In this document: in pieces, positions 53,231 to 64,000 of the stretch
How positions within the stretch are numbered: the stretch's first letter is position 1
Layout of the letters: every line of letters starts with the position of its first letter
NCBI RefSeq assembly: GCF_006345805.1
Contig: NC_042997.1
Coordinates: forward strand, 187,860,001 to 187,924,000
Origin: Octopus sinensis
Lineage: Eukaryota
Length of the DNA: 64,000 nt
Reading direction: 5' to 3'
Position numbers and translations under genes: made by a program
Notes under the pieces: generated by a model
What the model saw: the letters and a program-made list of their open reading frames with translations, nothing else
The model's database searches: none
What the model was told of the DNA's origin: nothing

Positions 53231-54914
53231 GCTATAAGCATTGCTTTTCTTCCTCTGAATATCTTATTAAACATATATACATACATGTGCATAAGCATGC
53301 ATGTGTTTGTGTGTACAATATTTTATGTGCATGTTATACACATGTGTAATCATTTACAAAATAAGACAAAATATGCTCATGCATACAACATGCACTCATA
53401 TACAAAGTACCATTTCCAGTGACATAAATTTAAGCAAAGTTTCAAAAGTTTAATAGAAAGGAAATAACTTTTTTCTCTCAAGCTATAATGGAAAAGACTA
53501 TGTTTAGCTATACTTGTTTAACTGATAAACTGAGCAAATGGAGAGAGAGAAAGAGAGAGAGAGGTAGGGCATATGTGCATGTGCACATTTGTATACAAGC
53601 ATGTGTAGACAGTTTGTAAGACTGTGATTAACAGAAAGATAAGACATAAATTAATAGAAACAGCATAGCATTTGATATATTTACATATATACTTATATTT
53701 CTATTACTAAATCATTGGTTATCTTTGAAAATATTAATTAATTTTCCATTTGGTTTCATAAGGAATTTAAGAGCTGAGTTATGCATTCAGATGAATTATC
53801 AAAATCTCTGAAATCCATTTAAATGCTACAGAAGTAACGTTATAAAATAAAGCTGAACAACGAAGGAAGTAATATTTTGCTTTATTCATGTTGACCTTGG
53901 TGTAAGTAAAGCACGCAAAATGAAGAGGTGATTCACCCAATAAAACAACACAAATAGTAATAATAATGACGATCATTTATTTTTATATGAATCCATTATG
54001 ACTTATCAGAAAAGTCTGAACAAAAATTCAAGGTAAAATAACAGAATAAATTTCATATTGTTAATAGTTAAAAATTATATGTTGTTAATATCATATAACT
54101 GGATCTCTTATCTAATCATTGAGTAAAATCAACATTACATATGGTGTTATGCAATAAAATCAATCTTAGGTCTTCCAAAAAAGCCATAAGAAAATTTACT
54201 TTTATTTAACAGTGTATAACTGAGTTGTCAATGCTGCAATGAAAGTCTAATCTCAGGATTATATAAGCAAGGCTGCTACTCAATTGCAATAATGTATATT
54301 TAAACTAGCAATACATAAAGAAATAAACAAATAAATGGATGTTAATGTTAAATGAAAGAGAAATAGTCAATAGGATGATTTTCTGACAGATATGCTTAAG
54401 CAAAGACATCTATAGCTAATTTACTAACAACAATGGAAGCATGCACTGAAAAATATGACTGCACCCAAAAGAGGCATAGCTATAGAAAACAAAAGAAAAA
54501 TCTATTACAATTTTATCTCTCTTTATTTTTCTTGCTCTCTCCCTAAGATACTCACACGCAAACACAAAATGAAAAGAGGCAGCAGCATATATATATTTAG
54601 AATATGCTAAACATGCCAAAATGTATGCACATATACATGTAAAAAGGAAAGCTGCACATACTACACATATATGTAAACACCACTGTTATCATTTTAACAC
54701 CAATACTTCCACATTTGCATGAGTCAGATAAGACTAAGCTGGGGCAGTGCTTTCTATGGCTGGATGCCCTTTTATTTGAATGAGCCTTTAGTTTACAACT
54801 AGCAAACACATGAAGACTAAGAGAAGTACAAACTCACTGCTACAAATACACACATGTACACAGACACACATACATATTTCTCACATTCTCTCTTCTCTCC
54901 ACACACACACAGTT

Positions 54915-55604
54915 GTGAAGAATGGCTTCCAAATATTGAGCCTAACAGAAAGTGTGACAAAAGATCAACATGCTTATGAAGACCCCATCTAAGTTATGTT
55001 GTGGCCCTAAAGGCATGTTGTTTATGTCTCTGCTCCAGTACACTACCTGTTCCTAATGAATCTCTCTCTCACAACTCATCTTCCTAACACCCCACTCCTT
55101 ACACCTGAGTTCATCACCCACATCAGTTCCCCTCCCTTCTATCTCTCACTGTCCTTTCACACTCTCACAAACCTACCTACCAGCCCACACTGCCTCTCTA
55201 CCACTCCACTTATATTCACCTACATGTAACCAGAGGGTATGTCCCATCTTCATCATCATCATCTTTCCCTCTTCTCCCCTCTCTTTTTCCCATCTGGAGT
55301 AGACTTTTGTTTCTGTCTGTCTATCATACTTTAACTTCTCTTCACCTGCTCAAAAGCTTCTGCCTTCAAAACTATTCCCCAGTCAGTTTAGGGGTCTTGT
55401 CTTGTGAGTTACTAGATGATTTTGCTGGTGCCATGTAAAAAATAGCCAGTACATTTTGTAAAGTGGTTGGTGCTAAGAAGGGTATCCAACTGTGAAAACC
55501 ATGCCAAAGCAGATAGTGAAGCTTGGTGCAGTTTTCTGGCTTGACAGTTTGTCAAACCATTCAATCAATGCCAACATGGAAAACGGACTTCAAATGGTTA
55601 TCAT

Positions 55605-55605
<1 letters not shown>
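54915..55605 (+). mobile_element. old RTE 3' end with pyrimidine-rich UTR
   Basis: Collinear with 33460-34285. Confidence 0.7.
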
Positions 55606-55645
<40 letters not shown>

Positions 55646-55688
55646 ACATACATACAGAGTGTGGTGAATATATTATTGTATGTGTAAT

Positions 55689-55721
<33 letters not shown>

Positions 55722-55960
55722 ATACATATAAATGTATGAGACAGACAGACAGACGAAAAACAGGCTTCTGAAGAGCCTTCATCCACCAAATTCACACAAA
55801 AACTCAGGGCTAGTAGTAGAAAGCAATTGGCTGAGGTTCTTTGCAGTGGGGCTGATCCAAAAATTATGTAGTTATAAAGTAGACTGGTTACATATATATA
55901 TATATATATATATATAGTACAAAGTAAGATAGGGGTTATGGGTATAACCCACTATGGGAT

Positions 55961-56105
55961 ATCACCTCTGACGAAGCCTATGGTTCTTTTAACATATAAG
56001 TATTATATTTTTTTAAATGCCTACAACCCTAGTATGTTGACATTTATAGGCAATGAAAATTAGATTCACTTTTGACCATAGGCTGAAACAGCTGTAAGAA
56101 GTAAT
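55961..56105 (+). ncRNA. type I hammerhead ribozyme with a 90-nt stem II insert
   Basis: ATCACCT [CTGACGA] AGCCTATGGT..90 nt..ACCATAGGCT [GAAAC] AGCT [GTA] AGAAGTAAT; perfect 10-bp stem II, palindromic stem III ACAGCTGT, weak stem I; inside a ~380-bp insert (55917-56299) after (TA)n. Confidence 0.8.
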
Positions 56106-56522
56106 TTCAGGATTTCATTAATTTATAATATGACTTTTAAAATCTGTATTTGTATTATTATCTTATCTATTGATTTATATAATATTTTGTATGCGTTTGA
56201 TGTTCTCATTTGTAAAATGAATAAATAATCTAACACTATAATATCCGTAAGTTGATGAACAAACTAAATTTGTTTCTCCATTTTCTTATTTGTATTATAT
56301 CATCATCATCATCATCATCATTTAACATCCGCTTTCCATGCTAGCATGGGTTGGACGGTTCAACTGGGGTCTGGGGAGCCCGAAGGCTGCACCAGTCCAG
56401 TCAGATCTGGCAGTGTTTCTACAGCTGGATGCCCTTCCTAACGCCAACCACTCCGAGAGTGTAGTGGGTGATTTTATGTGCCACCGACACAGGTGCCAGA
56501 CGAGGCTGGCAAACGGCCACGC

Positions 56523-57572
56523 TCGGATGGTGTTTTTTATGTGCCACCGACACAGGTGCCAGATGAGGCTGGCAAACGGCCACGATCGGATGGTGTTTGT
56601 TACGTGCCCACAGCACGGAGGCCAGTCGATGCGGTACTGGCTACGGCCACGTTCGGATGGTTTTCTTGTGTGCCACCGGCACTGGTACCACAAAGATACA
56701 AATTCCATTGATGTTCATCTATTTTGATTTGTTTTGATTTTCACTTGCCTCAACAGGTCTTCACAAGTGTCACAAGAAGGAAGGTATGCACAGGTGGACT
56801 GACTACGTCCCAGGTAGGGGCCACGGGTTATGGCCTGACTAGTCTTGCCGGGTCTTCGGATGGTGTTTTTTATGTGCCACCGACATAGGTGCCAGATGAG
56901 GCTGGCGAACGGCCACGATCGGATGGTGTTTGTTACTTGCCCACAGCATGGAGGCCAGTCGGTGCGGTACTGGCTACAGCCACGTTCGGATGGTTTTCTT
57001 GTGTGCCACCGGCATGTGCCCACAGCATGGAGGCCAGTCGGTGCGGTACTGGCTACGGCCACGTTTGGATGGTTTTCTTGTGTGCCACCGGCAATGGTAC
57101 CACAAAGATACAAATTCCATTGATGTTCATCTATTTTGATTTGTTTTGATTTGATTTTGATTTTCACTTGCCTCAACAGATCTTCACAAGTGTCACAAGA
57201 AGGAAGGTATGCACAGGTGTACTGACTAGTCTTGCCGGGTCTTCGGAAGGTGTTTTTATGTGCCACCGACACAGGTGCCAATGAGGCTGGCAAACGGCCA
57301 CGATCGGATGGTGTTTGTTACGTGCCCACAGCACGGAGGCCAGTCGGTGCGGTACTGGCTACGGCCACGTTCGGATGGTTTTCTTGTGTGCCACCGGCAC
57401 TGGTACCACAAAGATACAAATTCCATTGATGTTCATCTATTTTGATTTGTTTTGATTTTCACTTGCCTCAACAGGTCTTCACAAGTGTCACAAGAAGGAA
57501 GGTATGCACAGGTGGACTGACTACGTCCCAGGTAGGGGCCACGGGTTATGGCCTGACTAGTCCTGCCGGGTC
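56523..57572 (-). repeat. tandem triplication of the RTE stop codon / 3' UTR block
   Basis: Units start at 56523, 56856 and 57243; the sister element at 30450-30810 has one unit. Confidence 0.9.
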
Positions 57573-60500
57573 CTCTCATGCACAGCACACTTCCATAGGA
57601 CTCGGTCTCTAGTCATTTCCTTGGTGAGACCTAAAGTTCGAAGGTCGTGCTTCACCACCTCGTCCCAGGTTTTCCTGGGTCTACCTCTTCCACAGGTTCC
57701 CTCAACTGCTAGGGTGTAGCACTTTTGCACACAACTATCTTCAGCCATTCTCGTCACATGACCATACCAGCGCAGCCGTCTCTCTTGCACACCACAACTG
57801 ACTCTTCTTAGGTACAACTTTTCTCTCTAAGTACTTACACTCTGACGATTATGAACACTGACATTACACATCCATCGGAGCATACTGGCTTCATTTCTTG
57901 CGAGCTTACGCATATCCTCAGCAGTCACGGCCCATGTTTCACTACCATGTAGCATGGCTGTACGTACACATGCATCATACAGTCTGCCTTTTACTCTTAG
58001 CGAGAGGCCTTTTGTCATCAGCAGGGGTAAGAGCTCTCTAAACTTTGCCCAGGCTATTCTTACTCTAGCAGTTACACTTTCAGCATACCCACCCCCGCTA
58101 CTGACTTGGTCTCCTAGGTAGCGGAAGCTATCAACTACTTCTAGTTTGTCTCCCTGGAACGTGGTAGAAGTTGGTCTCTGCACATTTCCAGTGTTTATTG
58201 CTCCTGAGCATCTGCCACAGACAAAAACTATTTTCTTAGTTAGCCTTCCTTTGACATTGCTGCACCTCTTATGTGTCCATAGCTTACACTCGGTGCATCT
58301 TATAGAGTTTCTACCTACACCTTTTTTACAGATCGAGCAGGGCCATCTACCTGAAGTCGTTTGTGATTGGTCCACCTTCCTACTTATTAGGACTTTGGTT
58401 TTGGCTAGGTTGATTCTAAGGCCCTTCGATTCTAATCCTTGTTTCCACACCTGAAACTTCTCCTCCAGTTCTGATAGTGACTCAGCAATTAGAGCAAGGT
58501 CATCAGCATAGAGGAGCTCCCAGGGGCATCCTGTCTTGAATTCCTCCGTTATTGCCTGGAGGACTATGATAAATAGGAGGAGACTGAGGACTGAACCCCA
58601 ACCTCTACCCGGAATTCTTCACTGTACTCGTTGCCAACCCTCACCTTACTAGCAGCGTCTCTGTACATGGCTCGCACAGCTCTCACTAACCATTCATCTA
58701 TCCCTAGTTTCCTCATTGACCACCAGATAAGGGATCGGGGGACCCTGTCAAAGGCTTTCTCCAAGTCAACAAAAGCCAGATACAAGGGCTTATCTTTGGC
58801 TAGGTATTTCTCCTGCAGCTGTCTTACCAGGAATATAGCATCAGTAGTACTTTTCCCTGGCACGAACCCAAACTGCATATCATCTAAGCTAACTCTCTCT
58901 CTAATTAATTGGGCTATAACCCTCTCCGTAACCTTCATTACCTGATCCAGCAGCTTGATGCTCCTGTAGTTATTTGTATCTAGGGCGTCGCCTTTACCTT
59001 TGTAGCAGTTGACTATTATGCTGCTACACCAGTCATTGGGTATGACTCCTTCATGTATCACCTGGTTTACTATACGGGTGACTAAGCTATAGCCGACACT
59101 ACCAGATATTTTGAGCATCTCTGCAGTAATTCCTGATGGGCCTGGGGCTTTCCCTGTTTTCATGCTTCTAATTGCCTTATCTACTAAGGAACTGTTAACT
59201 CGGATTGCTGGTCCCTCTGTTGGGTCGACATTCGGGAGACTCTCTTTATCCCATTCATTTTCCTCATTCAGCAACCTTTCATAGTGGCGTCTCCAAGCCT
59301 CTTTCTTTGCATCCTCATTTAGCGCAAGTGAACCGTCATCCTTGCGAACACATTTCTCTCCTACCACGTCACAATTCTCTCTCACACACTGACTTGCAAC
59401 ACGAAATACCTCAAGTCTTTCATCCTCACGGCGCAGGACATTGGCAAATTTTTCTTTATCTGCCTCCCCTCTGGCTAGATAGACCTGTCTCCTAGCTTCC
59501 CTTCTGGCAGTCTGATACACTTCCCTGCTACCACCGTTCTTCCAGGCCTTCCAAGCCTGTTACTTTTGTCTAATAGCCCTGTCAACAATATTGTTCCACC
59601 ACCACGTTATTTTGGGTCTTAAGGGGACTTTGCACCAGCCACAGATCTGGTCAGCGGCTTTCAGCAGGTTGTCCCTCAGAAACGTCCAGTTGTCTTCTAC
59701 CCCATGCGTAGCTATACCCCCTTCCACTTCGTCAAAGGCTTCAAGTAACATATCTCTAAATCTCTGTCCATTTGCAGGGTCTTTAAGCTTCCAGACCCTT
59801 CTTCTCCATGTTGGTCGTCTTCTAGTCGCCCTCTTAGTCCTGATCCTAAAGTCACTAACTACCAGTCTATGTTGTGGGGTGCATTCTTCGCCTGGGAAGG
59901 TTTTGGCATTTATAAGCAGCCATCTTTCCCTTTTTCTGGCAAGGATGTAGTCGATTTGGCTAGTATGCCGGCCCGATCGGTAGGTGACCAGGTGGCTTGT
60001 CGGTTTCCTGAAGTTAGTGTTGCAAACCATAAGACTATTCACATCGCAGAACTCCAGCAGCCTGGTTCCCTCCTCGTTGCGGGAACCATAACCGTAGCCT
60101 CCATGTACGCCATGGAAGCCCCCAGCATGACGTCCAACATGCCCATTGAAATCACCAGCCACAAAGAGAAGGTCCCTGTCGTTCGTCAATGAGGTGGTCT
60201 GCAGTAGGGTGTCATAGAAACTGTCTTTCTGTCCATCGGGTAGCCCTGGCTGAGGGGCAAGGCCGATATAATGGTTGCTAATCTATTATGAAGCACTATT
60301 TTAATCTTAAGTATTCTGTCACTTACTCTGATTACCTCAATTACTCTATCTACCCATTTCTCAGCGATAAGTATACCCACGCCACCGACCCCGTCAGTGT
60401 TCCCTGCCCAGAAAATCTTGTACCTGTGTTCCTTGCCTGTGAGGAACCTAGCAGATCCTCCTCTCCACCTTATTTCTTGCATGCAACATACATCAACCCA

Positions 60501-60851
60501 TCTCCGTTCAAGTATCTCAACTATCTCGCCAGATCTACCTTTCAGTGTGCCAACGTTGAGGGTGCCCACCCTGAAGGAGTGGAAGGTATGGGCCCGAGAG
60601 GTCCAGGGACGGGGAGCAGTGGCGTCATGTACCTGAAAAGAAGAAAGCTCGCATTTGGCAGAATTCATAAGCAAAGCAATGATCTTAAGTTCAACCTGTT
60701 ACACTACACTATCATGTTTTGCGCCGTATTTTCACCACCTTATATAGAAGGGGTGGTATTGGCTTAAGGCCTTTAGGTGTTCATGGAAGAAAAGTAAAGG
60801 AAGACAAGCTGAGATAAGGACTTCCAGTACAGGTGGAGAGGGCGGGCGGAC

Positions 60852-61307
60852 CGCTCACTGGGAAGGATGAGATTTGGCGGCAGAAGATTTGAGACGAAAT
60901 GTTTTGCGATCGTGTGAATAAGTTTCAATGAGTGAAAGTTGGGAAGGATGGGGTAGAGATTAAGCGACAGAAAGACCAGATTGAGAAATGCTTCAGCTAG
61001 CATTTGAGATGAAAGACAACGATAAGGCTTGATGGTGATAATAATACTTGCAAAAAAAAAACAATGAAAGGAGCAAACAGGTCGGAAACTTAAATATATA
61101 TCTTAGCTGATATTTTTCATCCTGAGGTTCGTGTTTCGTGTGTTACAGCCAGGAGAAAAGGAATAGTAAGGGGCGGTCAAGCCTCGTGCATTGGGCTTTA
61201 TAGGGGAGGGGGTGCGGAGGTGTGAGTAGGAGGCAGAAGCCTATGGAACCAAGTGAAATATATACAGAGAGAGAGACATGGTGATAACAGAGGGAGACAA
61301 CGACACC

Positions 61308-61346
<39 letters not shown>

Positions 61347-61643
61347 CATAGTGATAACAGAGGGAGAAAACGCCATCGCTCACTGGGAAGGATGAGATTT
61401 GGCGGCAGAAGATTTGAGACGAAATGTTTTGCGATCGTGTGAATAAGTTTCAATGAGTGAAAGTTGGGAAGGATGAGGTAGAGATTAAGCGACAGAAAGA
61501 CCAGATTGAGAAATGCTTCAGCTAGCATTTGAGACGAAAGACAACGATAAGACTTGATGGTGATAATAATACTTGCAAAAAAAACAATGAAAGGAGCAAA
61601 CAGGTCGGAAACTTAAATATATATCTTAGCTGATATTTTTCAT
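60852..61643. repeat. about 267-bp direct repeat in the RTE 5' region
   Basis: 60852-61120 is nearly identical to 61377-61643. Confidence 0.93.
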
Positions 61644-61671
61644 GTATATATATATATATACTTTATTTTTT

Positions 61672-61723
61672 GCAAAAACTGTCCGATGAACAGCAACGCG
61701 AAACTCAGAGTAACAGGTTTTGC
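61672..61723 (+). ncRNA. minimal type I hammerhead ribozyme, variant core
   Basis: GCAAAAACTGT [CCGATGA] ACAGCAACGC [GAAAC] TCAGA [GTA] ACAGGTTTTGC; stem I 10/11 bp, near-palindromic stem III ACTCAGAGT, U4C change; in a 160-bp insert (61661-61820) between two (TA)n tracts. Confidence 0.7.
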
Positions 61724-61818
61724 TGAATTTTCTGCTGCTTTAAACAAAGCATATTACTCTACCACTGGTATTTGAGTGCTCTTTTTTCCACCTTGTTTCA
61801 CATTTATGTGTTTACTCC

Positions 61819-61857
<39 letters not shown>

Positions 61858-61989
61858 TTTTTCTTGTTTTCTTTTACACTTGTACCTCTTTCAGCTACAC
61901 TGAAACACTGCCATTAATGCCTCTGTCATTTCCACAGCTTTCAATTTGTCTCTTTTTTATTATTTTGGTTATCCTTATTTGTGCTTCTT

Positions 61990-63245
61990 GCTATGATGTA
62001 GATCAGTCTAGGATCTCGGATGATTATTTAGGTATCTCTTAAAATACCCAGCTTCTGCTCCATGTCAATTTCTTAAAAGTTTTTGGGTAAAGTATTGAAG
62101 AGTTGTGGTCCTTTGAGCCCTGGGAATTTTAGTACTGGATCCTGACTTCAGATGGGGAAGATAGCACCTTTGGTATTCTGCAGTGGTGTCTAATTCAAAG
62201 ATGGAATAGCTTTTAATCCAAAAGTTTGGTGCTAGACCTTCCAGGATCTTTCTTTTCTATATTACTGTTCAATGTTCATGTCTTTGCTCTAGATAGTAGA
62301 ATCTCACTTATCTCAGCTTCTATCTGGTGCACTTAGGCAACCTTCTGTGTAGCAGCATCATATTACTCCTAGTTCTGTTATTAATGTAGTCACTAAAAAT
62401 CATCATCATCATTGTTTAATGATGACTTTGGGAACACAATTTCTTATCCTGTATTGTTCTCAATGAGCTCAGAACCCATCCTTCCAGTTGCCTAAACATA
62501 GTAGCCATCTTAGTAATAGGGATTTGGAATGATGTGTCATTATTCATATTGTTTACCAGGTCATGCAATGATTGTGACTTTGGGAACACAATTTCTCCTT
62601 ATCCTGTGTATTATGGTTGTAATGAATTTGCGAGGTGACAATACAGTGCTTGTAATTTTCCACCAATGAACTACATGTTTTCTTCATCTCTACTGACTAC
62701 TGCATTCATCTCACTGTGATACTTTTCTATTGTTAGTGTAGCTAATGAAAGTGGTTGTATGACTGAAGCCATATCCAAGAGAGTCATAGCAAACAGCAAT
62801 TTCTAAGAGATCCAACTTAAAAATTAATGTCTTCTCTGAAAGAATGCAGTTGACTCCAACAGCTTGGCTTCTACCTTCCAAAACGTCATGCTGTCAGTTC
62901 CTTAGTTTCCCAACTATGTTGAGATTATGTGGCTTACAACATGTTCCCTTATTAACGTTACTGAAGGCATTTGCAAAGTTGAGATAAATGACATCTATGT
63001 TTGAATGACTGAGCTGCTGTTGCAATACTCACCCATAATACTATAGTAGCTCTTTTCTGAACAGGAGTCATGCAGCATAATCATTTTCTTCAAGGACCAA
63101 GTCACAGTCTTCTAGAAATATGATCAGCTTTCCTCTAACAATGTATTCCATGATTTTGCTGATGTGAGAGGTTAGAGAGAGAGGTCTGTGTTTCTTAGCA
63201 TCTGCTCTGCTTCCAGTTTTATAGTGGATACAAAAGGTATATAGC
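61990..63245 (-). pseudogene. CR1-like LINE RT remnant
   Basis: RADAKKHRPLSLTSHISKIMEYIVR followed by DVIYLNFANAF. Confidence 0.7.
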
Positions 63246-63339
63246 AGTATTTTCCAACCTGAGGCCACAGAAAAGTTCAGTGGGGCCACAGAAAAACATT
63301 TTTTTGCATGTCCATAGTTTATACTGGGTACATCATATT

Positions 63340-64000
63340 GAATTCCTACTTATTCCTTTTCCACATACTGAGTATGGCCATTCTCCAATGGTAGCAAGGT
63401 CCTGCCTCCTTTCTTACATAATAATACTTTAGTCTTTGCTAAATTCAGTTTGAGGCCTCTTGATTTCAGGTTTTGTTTCCATGTCTGGAAGATCTTTTCT
63501 AATTTCTAAATTCAGCTAGGTCATCAGCATAGAGAATTTCCCTTGGGCAACCAGTCTTAAACTCCTTTTATGGTTTGGAGGACTTTAATAAACAGAAGGT
63601 GGCAAAGGATAGCCCTGGTGTATCTACCTTCACATTGAATTCATCACTACACTTATCATCTTTCATACTATACCACTCTAGTAGCTTGTACAGCTCTCAC
63701 AAGCCTTTCATCTACCACAAACTTCCCCAGTGATCACCAGACCACAGAGAGAGTCACTCTGCCAAAGGTTTTCTTTAGGTCAACAAAACAAGGTATGAAT
63801 TATAGATGACTAGATACTTCTCCTGCATCTGTCTTACTAGGAAGAAGGCATCAGTAGTACTTCTTGGCACAAAAATCAAACTGTAAGGTGTCTATGTTTA
63901 ACTTTCTTCTTGATTGTGTCATAACTCTTTCTGTAATTTTTATAACCTGGCCCATCTATTTAATACCTCTGTAATTCCCTTTCATAATGCAACATCTTTA
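63340..64000 (-). pseudogene. old RTE RT remnant, runs off the window
   Basis: NYRGIK, STTDAFFLVRQMQEKYL and TGCPREILYADDL. Confidence 0.85.

Larger units (their letters stand above)
56300..61643 (-). mobile_element. near full-length RTE LINE (APE endonuclease + RT + Cys/His finger) with a few disabling indels
   Basis: APE motifs GTLNV, MQE, AGDFNGHVG, SQIDY, QHRLV; RT motifs QFGF, AFVDLEKAFD, YADD; WYGHV..GRPRKTW; (GAT)n tail; breaks near 60255, 59560, 58595 and 57827. Confidence 0.96.

Noticed and set aside
53900-53940. Ankyrin-like GESPLHFAC on the minus strand
   Set aside because: No AG acceptor and no continuation of the ankyrin consensus
56322-57445. Many overlapping 60-190 aa ORFs
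   Set aside because: Stop-poor GC-rich subrepeats of the RTE 3' UTR, not genes

Overview
AT-rich, repeat-dense eukaryotic DNA. The SINE/LINE repertoire and microsatellite load suggest a coleoid cephalopod (Octopus-like) intron or intergenic region; this is inference, not a database result. No intact host gene is visible. The window holds two tRNA-derived SINE families, two young RTE LINEs (one near full length) plus older RTE, R4/Dong-like and CR1/L2-like remnants, a Penelope-like RT/GIY-YIG remnant, mariner and DD37D transposons, a hAT remnant, a Helitron, a MITE and a solo-LTR-like element. The main discovery is a set of hammerhead ribozymes (HHRs) read directly from the sequence. At least four unrelated non-coding elements, each sitting in a (TA)n tract, carry a type I HHR with a tiny palindromic stem III. 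One has an intact core, a 553-bp period, strong self-complementarity and an inverted-plus-partial-tandem layout (retrozyme or Penelope pLTR-like). Two have unusually long stem II inserts. Also notable are a polarized SINE array separated by a repeated 14-bp target motif, a (TAA)n hotspot of stacked Dong-like 3' ends, and template-jump duplications at both ends of the RTE.
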